Below, piece after piece: positions 49,201-59,328 of a stretch of 64,000 nucleotides of DNA (positions within the stretch are counted from its first letter, which is position 1; each line of letters begins with the position of its first letter). Source of the DNA: Balanoglossus misakiensis. Lineage: Eukaryota; Animalia; Hemichordata. Below the pieces are notes generated by a model that saw only the letters and a program-made list of their open reading frames with translations, did not search any database and was not told the origin of the DNA. Made by a program: the position numbers and the translations under genes. Where the stretch lies: contig CM082579.2 of assembly GCA_040954595.2 (NCBI GenBank), forward strand, positions 13,083,834-13,147,833. The letters run 5' to 3'.

Positions 49201-51847
49201 TCTATGCTGGCCACATCACAGCTCCCTGCAGCAAAGGGTATAAGGCTTTATTGGAAAAGTGGCATGGCTAGATGTTAGTTTTGGAAGCAGACAACATACG
49301 TCTAGAAACCAAGCATACACGTCACATGCTTGGAAACACTAGATCACTCCGACACATGATGACAGGCATACTACCCACCTAGCCCTGCGTACAGTGTGTT
49401 CGCGGCGTTACACGGCCTCCACCACACACAGACCTGTACCCTACACACGCGATTGTGCAGTACCTTGGACAAAGCTTGGAACAATGTTGCAATAAGCTTT
49501 GTGCTGAAGTTTACTACAAGAGTTTGCGTGCCGACCTTTGCTGAAGGGGTCGTGTGTCAACCTTCGCTGAAGCTTCTTATTACTAGCCTTAGTTGAACCT
49601 AAGCTGTACCAACCTTTGTGAAACCTTATAATTCCAATCTTTGGCCAAGGTTGGGGTTGCAAAGCGTCTTCAAAGCTTGGTGAAAAAAATCTTCAACAAT
49701 GCTTTACTAAACAAACCTTTAAACAAGCTTAATTTTTGAAGCTTTGTCGAAGATGTTTATTTTATTTTCATCCAAATCAAGTCACAACAAACTCTCCTTG
49801 TAACTTTTATACTCATGTGTATCACTAGCTACTTCATTTAATTCCGACAAAAATTAAATGAAGTTGTAGTGATACACATGAGTATAAAAGTTACAAGGAG
49901 AGTTTGTTGTGACTTGATTTGGATGAAAATAAAATAAAGGTAATGTTCAAATAATACACTACAGGCAATGAATGTATTTGAATTTTAAAGTTGTTTTTAT
50001 TATCCAATATCACATTAATAACACATGCAATATAAATACAAGCAATACTGTTACAATAAGACAAACCTCACAAGAATCACAATACTATAAAATCAAAATT
50101 GGATAAAATTATTGATGTCTCTTGTTTTGGTTTTCCGAAGCAAGTTATCCTGGTGACCATATGCTCTCTGAAAAAAAATAGAAAGAAAAGAAAGAAAATC
50201 ATTGATCCCATCATGAAAGTTTTGTTTCGGCATGCCTTAATAATTAAACCACATCACACCACACATCAACAGAGCTCTGTCTGTTTAACACAAGTTTGAC
50301 CGAAAGACAGAACCCGATGCCAAAATTATCATTGGGTCTCTGAGTGTGAAATGAATACAGAGTCGCATCAGCCCCGGGTGAAGAGTTCACACGAGAAATT
50401 AAACATCATTATTCCGATTATTCCTAATTCCATCTTAAAACGCACCTAGGTACATATTTCCATTATTAACTGTTGTCATTACTCTGTTTTCGCGACATTG
50501 ATTCCAGAATCTGTGGATATTTCTACACTCAAAAAAACATTACACGATCGCGATTAACGTCGTGAGCGCCTCCGGCCCGCCCGGACATGTTTCAAACTCA
50601 AAGCGCGTGCGGAAGAAATGTTGATAAATGTTGTCGTTTTTTGCGAAAACAATGTTCAAAACACCAGTTTTCTGAGAGGCACTTGCCAACTATTTTAACA
50701 CCATGTACACACGGACACAACATTGTCAGAAATTACCCACCTCTGAAATAGTTGTAGCCGTACAGCCCGTACGTACATCGACCAGGCAAAATCCATCGCG
50801 TGAGTCCCAGAGTTTACGTTGCATCTCATGACGTCACATGACCTTTGCCCATAGATCCTCGTTCATAACGTATGTTTATTTTGAGGAAGAAGTCGGCAAA
50901 CTGCAACTTTTCATCAACTAATCAGGGCAGGTGTAAGGTTTTGATACAAATAACGTCTGTCACGTGCTCAAATTGCAAAATGACCTGTCAAACTAAGCTG
51001 CTGACCGATGACATGCGTGCAGCACCGGACGTCGCGCGATTAGGTCAAAACTGGCTGTCGATAGGCGTACAATAAGGTTTGATAAAGGTTCATAACAAAG
51101 CTTCGTCGAAGCTTTCTGTTAACCAAGATTTTAAAAAGCTTTGACAGTAACCTTGGTCCAAGGTTTAGCGCAAACCTTGTCTTGTGCTTCGGCACGAAGC
51201 TTTGCCAAATCTTTGTTGAAAAAAAGCTTAGCCAAACCTTTATCGCAAACCTTCACACAAGCTTTGAGGACACCCAAGCTTGGCCCAAGGTATGGCACAA
51301 TCGCGTGTGTAGCTCTGCGTGGCAGGGCTGTGCTGTTAAGGCGAGACCTCCACCCACAGCCCTGCCACGCAGAGCTAGGCTATTCTCCCACCCAACACAA
51401 AGTTTAGCTGACAGCTCCTCACACTACCCTCTGTAGCTGCGGCTCCATAGCCCTAACACTCCCCTCGCTGTAGCGCTGTACGCAGGGTTACCCTCGCTGT
51501 AGGTTGGTATCGCCCAACAACCAAGCTGCAATGGTTTCCCGCTAGGTCATTGTAGGTTGACTGTTCGCACCGAACACACCAGTCAACCTAGCAACACCCG
51601 ATTCAATCATTGCAGCTATGAATGATGGGGAGAGTGTCTAAGATTTTACATCGTCCCTTCCACTGTTCCAGTATCCAGGTTTCGAAGACTCTCGTCTTAC
51701 CTGATCAACCTTTATGGCAGTATCCAGAGCGATCACTCTTAACGGTCGAGCACCATTTTCTATCAAATAAGTACCAACGTTTTCGACTATTTCGCCATAA
51801 TGTTCGCGTAACAGCAATGCGGCAAGCTTTAATTGAACACAGGACAT
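31212..51847 (-). CDS. POLR3C: RNA polymerase III subunit RPC3/RPC62, N-terminal half only; exons 51847-51701, 41766-41645, 40716-40583, 37343-37240, 35087-34983, 31385-31212
   Basis: LLLREHYGEIVENVG, KALCVLIQHN, YIFCTKTLFGDAGEIIVEELLQNG, GIYWSVNHERFHQHIRDQ, VRTMLRISE and DQYLKLLADD. Splice phases are consistent. No downstream exons were found in the window. Confidence 0.88.
31694..33296. mobile_element. Non-autonomous Tc1/mariner (pogo-like) element with a nested TIR element (~32377-33030)
   Basis: TA|CCGTTAAAGTCATATTTGTAGACGCA ... TGCGTCTACAAATATGACTTTAACGG|TA. The inner element has TGCGGGTTGCGGGCTGCGGG / CCCGCAGCCCGCAACCCGCA ends. Confidence 0.8.
38072..38202. mobile_element. Small foldback element
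   Basis: CAGTGTATTTT...AAAACAGTC-TGTTTT is inverted relative to AAAACAAGACTGTTTT...AAAATACACTG. Confidence 0.6.
39059..39143. mobile_element. 85-bp piggyBac-type micro-MITE
   Basis: TTAA|CCCTTTCAC ... GTGAAAGGG|TTAA. Confidence 0.75.
39321..39910. mobile_element. Non-autonomous TIR element with 26-bp TIRs
   Basis: GAGAGGTTTAGTTACACGTAAATACG ... CGTATTTACGTGTAACTAAACCTCTC, flanked by TA. A second, interrupted left part starts at 52364. Confidence 0.85.
40099..40535. mobile_element. Two adjacent foldback MITEs (~40099-40333 and ~40337-40531)
   Basis: ACCTCATGCTAA/TTAGCATGAGGT arms; AACACCTAT-GCCTGGCC/GGCCAGGCAATAGGTGTT arms with CTGTGAGTTACCAGAA/TTCTGGTAACTCACAG. Confidence 0.65.
43288..44015. 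mobile_element. PIF/Harbinger-type MITE
   Basis: TTA|GGCTGCATTCACAAACACCT ... AGGTGTTTGTGAATGCAGCC|TTA, a 3-bp TTA TSD. Confidence 0.85.
44153..44474 (-). mobile_element. Partial inverted copy of the same Harbinger-type MITE
   Basis: Reverse complement of ~43288-43602, with only one TIR. Confidence 0.8.
44610..47740 (-). mobile_element. Full-length hAT element (hAT5-like), 3131 bp
   Basis: 16-bp TIR CAGGGCTCGAAATTAA/TTAATTTCGAGCCCTG, CAAGT on both flanks, subterminal GTGGTGGTCC repeats. Confidence 0.9.
45014..47320 (-). pseudogene. hAT transposase (ZNF862/C17orf113-like), ~768 codons with one premature TGA at 45331-45329
   Basis: TTF-type finger (HPWL...MFCQWC...KHEVSEPH), IDSATD, ADGAAVN, HCVAHRMEL, TRW and CERGFS...RLNELM. 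ORFs 45329-47320 and 45014-45271 are in one frame with a single stop between them. Confidence 0.9.
49441..51312. mobile_element. Non-autonomous TIR element with AAGCTT/AACCTT-rich subterminal repeats (possibly CMC/EnSpm-like)
   Basis: CTACACACGCGATTGTGC...ACCTTGG-C-AAGCTTGG is inverted at 51274-51312. It lies within outer CCCTGCGTACAG/CTGTACGCAGGG repeats (49383, 51476-51487). Confidence 0.65.
49756..49938. repeat. Near-perfect 183-bp palindrome
   Basis: Arms of ~87 bp with a ~9-nt loop and 1-2 differences. Confidence 0.92.
51310..51377. mobile_element. 68-bp hairpin micro-MITE
   Basis: TAGCTCTGCGTGGCAGGGCTGTG ... CACAGCCCTGCCACGCAGAGCTA. Related termini occur at 22833 and 49380. Confidence 0.7.
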
Positions 51848-52393
51848 GTTGCTCAGCGTCAAGTCTAGAGACCTGCATTGAAATTGCCCTCACATTCATA
51901 TTCGTATTCATTTTCGCATTCGCGACACTTACTGAAAGTCATTCACAGCCCAGGTTTCCGCCAGAAGACGGACATTTACGAGATATCAACATATTTGCTT
52001 ACAATATTATGTTACAAAATAATTATACTTATTAATAGTGACATAACTCTGAAAAACAGTGTATGTTTCTATTGTTTCGGAAATAATGATTTTGTTTTTA
52101 GTCTGAACTGGAGAAGAGAATCCCCGAGCAAATAAGCGGTCTTGCAGATTCCATTTCGTATGCGTATTCCGAAGCGTACCGTAAATGTCCTTATCGGTAT
52201 ACAGGTCACTTCGACCCCTGACCATTTCGACCCCAGCGATTCACACCTCTTTATCTGTCTTGAAATTGTTCGCACATTATGTTTTGTAATGTGTTGTATT
52301 TCATGTGCGTCCCTGATTAATTGTAGTATTTCCTGGATATGAATGGTATCGCGCGCAGTATAAGAGAGGTTTAGTTACACGTAAATACGCGTA

Positions 52394-53236
52394 CACCCCC
52401 TAGACCAGTATCCGGTCGGTACCATTACCCGGTCACTTCGCGGAAAAGACGCGATATAGTGATAGTCGCGATATCTACGCGATATTCAAGAGTCGCAGTA
52501 TTTGATGGGTACACTCATTAGTAATCGGTAGAAGTTTCGACGTCGTACGGGTTGAACTTGAGCGGAATCGCCCGAAAACAAGAGATGCGCACAATCGATC
52601 ATTTCCTTCATACACGCATTTTACGGTAGCTACGCAAGAGCCGCACTTTAAAAGTCTGCCTGTCGTCAATATTTTTGAGCGTTTCCACCAAAATTGCTGT
52701 TCTAGTACTCGTCGAGTCATCATGAACAAGTTCATGTATCAGATTTCAAAATTGGCGCAAACATTAACGCGCCTTTCGCGTACATCGGGAGGGTTGCTTT
52801 AGACCGGTAAGCCGGTCATGGGGACTTGTCATAGAAAAGGCGTGCACTGTGGGCTAGTAAGTCCCGACTTCCCGGCCGAAGAGGGTCGACTTCGTAGCTT
52901 TTTTCTTTGAATGAAAGTCCGTATATTCATGATTCTACTGATAAGGAGCCAAATACTTTACGAGAATATGCATTCTATTTGAATCTAACTGTGTTTGTGC
53001 AACTGATGCAACGTGACCGGAGTACTGGTCCAAGTGACCGCATACAGGTCTAGCGACACCGATCGTTTGGGAATCTCTTTTACCTTGACCTTTGTCAATT
53101 TGACCCGGATTTGTGTTTTTTTCTATTGTCAGTCCTCCAGTGCTAAATATACATGGCGTTGTTGTAGTATCGGAGTTGCCGATGAGGCGCGAGTATCATT
53201 TTTAATAAAAGTGACCGGATACTGGTCTAGGGGGTG
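52394..53236. mobile_element. Non-autonomous TA-targeting TIR element (Tc1/mariner-like) inserted into a copy of the 39321 element
   Basis: TA|CACCCCCTAGACCAGTATCCGGTC ... GACCGGATACTGGTCTAGGGGGTG|TA. The host sequence resumes afterwards, matching ~39350 onward. Confidence 0.88.
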
Positions 53237-53834
53237 TACGTACGTCTGACGGCTGGAAGTGGCGTTCGCGTATGTGTAGCGACGCGTGAATTTTGCATTT
53301 TAGTTGTCCGTTTTGAATAAGTGTCGGCAATGTGTGGCAGGGATGTGTGTTTGCAGTTACGAAAACCTCTAGCCTTTAGAGGCTGGAATTTTCGTAACAA
53401 AACGAAATTGTCAGTCACCTTTGATGAAAACGGTTGTCAACGTACGTAAAAAATAATAATTGCATCAAAAACATTTGAATACATTGTGGTACTTGTGATC
53501 TCTAGAGCTTCAGGGTACAGTTATCAATCCTTGGTTCTCATTTGTTGCCTTGTACTTTAGCTATATGGATACCCGGGTGAAGCTCGTCGGCACGAAAACG
53601 TATCTAATCGACACGAACACGATAACTTTGTGATTAAATGCAAAATTTCGACTTATATTCGCCCCTGTGCTTTATGAAATGGTCTGAAATGTGGTCGGCG
53701 AGTCTGTGTTAAATTTTGGCAGTTCAGCGTGACTTCAACACTAAATCTATAGACAACTATAGCAGAAAAGTCTACAAACTTCAAAATTTCTGGAAATGCT
53801 TTATCTGGTATGGTTATGAAATGATTTTCGTTTA

Positions 53835-54767
53835 GGCTGCATTCACAAACACCTCGGGGGGGGGCAGGAGAATTGAGGGGGGATTTGAAAAAATTGAGGG
53901 TATATAAGGGGGATTTGAAATAATTTAGGGACTGAAAGGGGGGGGGACTTGAAAACTTTGACGACTAAATATTTATTTGGAGCCCACAAAAATGCAGTTT
54001 CGCGCCCTTTATTTTACAAAATTTTCTAATGTGGGAGGGGGACACCCCCTCCCACACCCACCCCTCCATTCATCAACACCCTTCAATCATTGACTGGTTT
54101 ATCTAGTGTCCCAGGTCAGGGGACTTGTTGCCACCCCATGATAACTTTGAGCGGTGATGGTTAAATTTGTCCTCCCCAACATACCGGTAGTTGAGTTAAT
54201 TTGCTTTTGCCAGGTTCGTTAAAATGCAGCTTTGAGCTCTGTATTTTATAACATTTTCTTACGTGGGAGGGGGACACCCCCTCCCACACCCACCCCTCCA
54301 TTCATCAACACCCTTCAATCATTGACTGGTTTATCTAGTGTCCCAGGTCAGGGGACTTGTTGCCACCCCATGATAACTTTGAGCGGTGACGGTTAAATTT
54401 GTCAACATACCGGTAGTTGAGTTACATGTAATTTGCTTTTGCCGGGTTCATTAAAATGCAGCTTTGTCTCCCAACACAAATACAAATACTTAAAAATTAC
54501 AAACAATGTTCAGTTTTAATACCCACTGATGAGGGGAAACATCAGTTTCAAATTGTTTTCATGGGAACGCTGTTTTTCTTTTTTTACAAGATAGATTTGT
54601 TTTGCTCTGTGAAAGAAAATGGGGGGGGGGGTTCAAAATTTTTGAAGTACGGAAGGGGGGAATTTGAAAATATTTTGGGTTGTGTACGGGGGGCATGTGA
54701 AAATTAGCGGTAAAAAAATTGAATTCTCCCGCCCCCACCCCCTCCAGAGGTGTTTGTGAATGCAGCC
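53835..54767. mobile_element. PIF/Harbinger-type MITE (same family as 43288) with an internal ~230-bp tandem duplication
   Basis: Same TIRs and TTA TSD; ~54031-54261 is repeated at ~54263-54465. Confidence 0.87.
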
Positions 54768-55251
54768 TTATGAAGAATCAAATCTCAGCGACGCACGATA
54801 GCTTCTGGTGAATGCGAAGACCCATCAGCTTTCACGCAAATACAGTCAAAATATCAAATTCAACATTGAAGACGGAAGCGCGAGATGCCTTGAGTCTGTG
54901 TTCTCTCACCTTGTCTGAGAAAACAATAACATTTCCGAAAAATAATGACACGAAATCCAAAGTATCGTAATAGCATTTCTTCAGAACTCCGATTCTATAT
55001 TTGGCTGCCGTGTAACATCGCGTCCGTTTAGCACCGGCACAAATTAGCAGAACTCAGAGGTCAATATTTTGATTAAAAACAAAGATTTTAACGATATTAC
55101 CTTCCTGTTCCATGATATCTGTGGTTTCTATGGCGCTCAAATCTCACGATATGTACAATTTAAAGGCCAACTGGGGTATTATTCCTGTCGTTTCAGCCAC
55201 GAAAACTGAGCAGACGACACGACGCGAAACAGCTCGTTCACACTCAGTTGA

Positions 55252-55417
55252 CAGACGCGTTCCATTGAGGCGACTACATCATACACACGAGGCAACTCGG
55301 TAGGCAACTCGGGTTGCGCGTCGAGTTGCCTACCGAGTTGCCTGCCGAGTTGCCTCGTGTAACTCGGCCTGTAGATCGACGGCTTGTTCTAAAATATCCA
55401 TGGTTGCTTCCAAACGC
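55252..55417 (-). repeat. 166-bp inverted copy of 57242-57407
   Basis: Reverse complement spanning the satellite/TIR-element junction. Confidence 0.92.
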
Positions 55418-57288
55418 AGTGTGTTCTACGCATCACAACGGAATATGTAAATAGCAAGACGGCGTTTGAAGCAACCATGGATATTTTAGAACAAACAGTT
55501 GATCTACAAAGTCTATCGGAAAACTTTCTTATTCGCTCGGGCCAGTGTGTTCTACGCATCACAACGGAATATGCAAATAACAAGACGGCGTTTGGAAGCA
55601 GCCATGGATATTTTAGAACAAACAGTCGACCTACAGAGTCTACCGGAAAACTTTCTTATTCCCTCGGGCCAGTGTGTTATACGCATCACAACGAAATATG
55701 CAAATAACAAGACGGCGTTTGGAAGCAACCATGGATATTTTAGAACAAGCCGTCGATCTACAGAGTCTACCGGAAAACTTTCTTATTCCCTCGGGCCTGT
55801 GTGTTCTACGCATCACCACGGAATATGCAAATAACAAGACGGCGTTTGGAAGCAACCATGGATATTTTAGAACAAGCCGTCGATCTACAGTGTCTACCGG
55901 AAAACTTTCTTATTCGCTCGGGCCAGTGTGTTCTACGCATCACAACGGAATATGCAAATAACAAGACGGCGTTTGGAAGCAACCATGGATATTTTAGAAC
56001 AAGCCGTCGATCTACAGAGTCTACCGGAAAACTTTCTTATTCCCTCGGGCCAGTGTGTTCTACGCATCACAACGGAATATGCAAATAACAAGACGGCGTT
56101 TGGAAGCAACCATGGATATTTTAGAACAAACCGTCGATCTACAGAGTCTACCGGAAAACTTTCTTATTCGCTCGGGCCAGTGTGTTCTACGCATCACAAC
56201 GGAATATGCAAATAACAAGACGGCGTTTGGAAGCAACCATGGATATTTTAGAACAAGCCGTCGATCTACAGAGTCTACCGGAAAACTTTCTTATTCCCTC
56301 GGGCCTGTGTGTTCTACGCATCACAACGGAATATGCAAATAACAAGACGGCGTTTGGAAGCAACCATGGATAATTTTAGAACAAGCCGTCGATCTACAGA
56401 GTCTACCGGAAAACTTTCTTATTCGCTCGGGCCAGTGTGTTCTACGCATCACAACGGAATATGCAAATAACAAGACGGCGTTTGGAAGCAACCATGGATA
56501 TTTTAGAACAAGCCGTCGATCTACAGAGTCTACCGGAAAACTTTCTTATTCCCTCGGGCCTGTGTGTTCTACGCATCACAACGGAATATGCAAATAACAA
56601 GACGGCGTTTGGAAGCAACCATGGATAATTTTAGAACAAGCCGTCGATCTACAGAGTCTACCGGAAAACATTCTTATTCGCTCGGGCCTGAGTGTTCTAC
56701 GCATCACAACGGAATATGCAAATAACAAGACGGCGTTTGTAAGCAACCATGGATATTTTAGAACAAGCCGTCGATCTACAGAGTCTACCGGAAAACTTTC
56801 TTATTCGCTAGGGCCAGTGTGTTCTACGCATCACAACATGAATATGCAAATAACAAGACGGCGTTTGGAAGCAGCCATGGATATTTTAGAACAAACAGTC
56901 GACCTACAGAGTCTACCGGAAAACTTTCTTATTCCCTCGGGCCAGTGTGTTATACGCATCACAACGGAATATGCAAATAACAAGACGGCGTTTGGAAGCA
57001 ACCATGGATATTTTAGAACAAGCCGTCGATCTACAGAGTCTACCGGAAAACTTTCTTATTCCCTCGGGCCTGTGTGTTCTACGCATCACCACGGAATATG
57101 CAAATAACAAGACGGCGTTTGGAAGCAACCATGGATATTTTAGAACAAGCCGTCGATCTACAGTGTCTACCGGAAAACTTTCTTATTCGCTCGGGCCAGT
57201 GTGTTCTACGCATCACAACGGAATATGCAAATAACAAGACGGCGTTTGGAAGCAACCATGGATATTTTAGAACAAGCCGTCGATCTAC
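55417..57288. repeat. 127-bp satellite array, ~14.7 near-identical units
   Basis: CAGTGTGTTCTACGCATCACAACGGAATATGCAAATAACAAGACGGCG... recurs every 127-128 bp with no unique spacers. Confidence 0.97.
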
Positions 57289-58903
57289 AGGCCGAGTTAC
57301 ACGAGGCAACTCGGCAGGCAACTCGGTAGGCAACTCGACGCGCAACCCGAGTTGCCTACCGAGTTGCCTCGTGTGTATGATGTAGTCGCCTCAATGGAAC
57401 GCGTCTGGCGACGTCGCCTCAAAATCCGTCATGTCGGATTTTCGGGCGACGAGTTGCCTGACGCGCAAGCTGTTGCCCCGCGTTACCACTTTGCCTCGAA
57501 TAAATTTTGACATCTGCACATGCAAAATTGGTGTTAATTTGTTATTTTACGAACCAGAAACTACAGACTGTAGACCTGTACACTTCCGAAAATATTGGGG
57601 AATAAGTATTTGCTATGAAATCGGATATTTGTATGTATTTATAGTTCAATATTTCCATATAAACTCACGTTTTGTTAAAGAAACTTTCAACTAATTATCT
57701 TGCCAGTAATGATATGAAAATAAACTACTATTCAGTTTTGCGAAAATGGTTATGATGATTGACTCGACATTGATTGCATTTCCTATTTTTGGGGTACCGC
57801 AACCAAATATCGTAACCGAATTTCAGAATAAGAAAACGCCAGCTTATGATTATCGCCCACAGTTCAAGAGTTCTTACACAGCCAGTGTACATCATATATC
57901 TTTTTGGGCAAAACACGTGTCTATTTCGCCCGGTCATATCAACTTATAAATACAAATATAGTTTTATTTGTATAATTTTACATACAAACAAATCTTTCAA
58001 TCAATATATTTCTTCTTAAAAATATACTTCGTTATTCTACAATGAAAAGTCTCGCTTGCTTTGTTATTACATTCACTGTATTTCGAAACACGGATTTTGT
58101 ATATTATCTATAACGTTTTTACAGATTGGCACGACTTTTGGCTCCGCATTTTTTTACACATTTATATGATGTGCAGTTTGATAATTCAGTAATCTTAATG
58201 TTAAATTGCGCAACTTTCTTCAATTTCCCGATAATCTACTCCCCTGTCTTACAAGGATTTAAACTCGCCGGTTGATCTTTTATAAAAAAAATAATACCTG
58301 GTTTCAAGTACATTTTATATAAAATTAAATTAAACTTAAGTTACTCCTGTTCTATTAAAAAATATTAAGTAACGTTTAAATTTTGTTTAATTTGGTATCA
58401 CGCTTAAAAAATCCGTATTCATCAATTAAATTAAGCACCCAAGCTAGTTTTTTTTCTTTTAATACTGATATAGACTTGCATATCACCTGCTAACTGAGAA
58501 CAAAAAATGTTTTTATTGATGAGGATACTGTTGAAGTGCGATACTACATTGTAGTTAGTTTATTATGTCAATAGTAATACATGGTGGAGAAAGTATACGT
58601 ATTGTATGCAGTTGAAATTCGCAAACTTTTTTTGTTGTTTTTTCAAGAAAAAATACTCGGTCAGATGACCACGTTGATCAGCTAAATGACAAGAATAATA
58701 TATGCATGCTGTTGCCAGAATAACCACCAAATATTTATGCCGATCGGCTACTGAGGCGGCTGCACATGCGCAGCCACTGTTTACGCGCAGCTAGTTGCCA
58801 GTCGAGTCGCCCCGTGTAACTGTTCGATGTAGCGTCGCGACTGGCGTTGCGCGTCGAGTTGCCCACCGAGTTGCCTACCGAGTTGCCTCGTGTAACTCGG
58901 CCT
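57289..58903. mobile_element. Non-autonomous TIR element (Harbinger-like) inserted in the last satellite unit
   Basis: TAC|AGGCCGAGTTACACGAGGCAACTCGG ... CCGAGTTGCCTCGTGTAACTCGGCCT|TAC. Subterminal GGCAACTCG repeats. Satellite sequence AGAGTCTACCG resumes after it. Confidence 0.85.
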
Positions 58904-58930
58904 TACAGAGTCTACCGTAGACTAGCCCAC

Positions 58931-59109
58931 TAGTCGCTTGGTGATTTTTAAATCTCAATACTTTTTGTGTTTTCGGTGGTTTTTTGTCTTAATAAATAAT
59001 TTCAATACTTTTTGCGTGCATGCTTGCCTTTAGCGTGTTTTTGGTAGTGCGGCGAGTTTCGAATTTGCGACTGAGCTTGTGGTTTCAGGTAGCGTCGACC
59101 AAGCGACTA
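58931..59109. mobile_element. Small element with TAGTCGCTTGGT inverted termini (Academ-like)
   Basis: TAGTCGCTTGGT ... ACCAAGCGACTA. No TSD recognised. Confidence 0.45.
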
Positions 59110-59328
59110 GTACACCTTGCAAAATCTACAAACGCTCAGGCCGTTTGTTGACATAGTCGAGAATGATTGACAGGCGCCTCGATCCCGTGCACCAATGAGA
59201 AGAAAAGACATGACATACTAATTTGCATTTTGTGTGTGTATGATGTCATGATTGTTTACGGAGCAGTGCAGTGTTAGAGCAGCTATTCTTCCCTTCTAGT
59301 TTCACAAAGATTTCACTGAGTTTAAACC

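Noticed and set aside
55417-57288. Possible CRISPR array or repeated 95-aa ORFs
   Set aside because: Units are near-identical along their whole length with no unique spacers and no cas genes; the ORFs are by-products of the 127-bp period.
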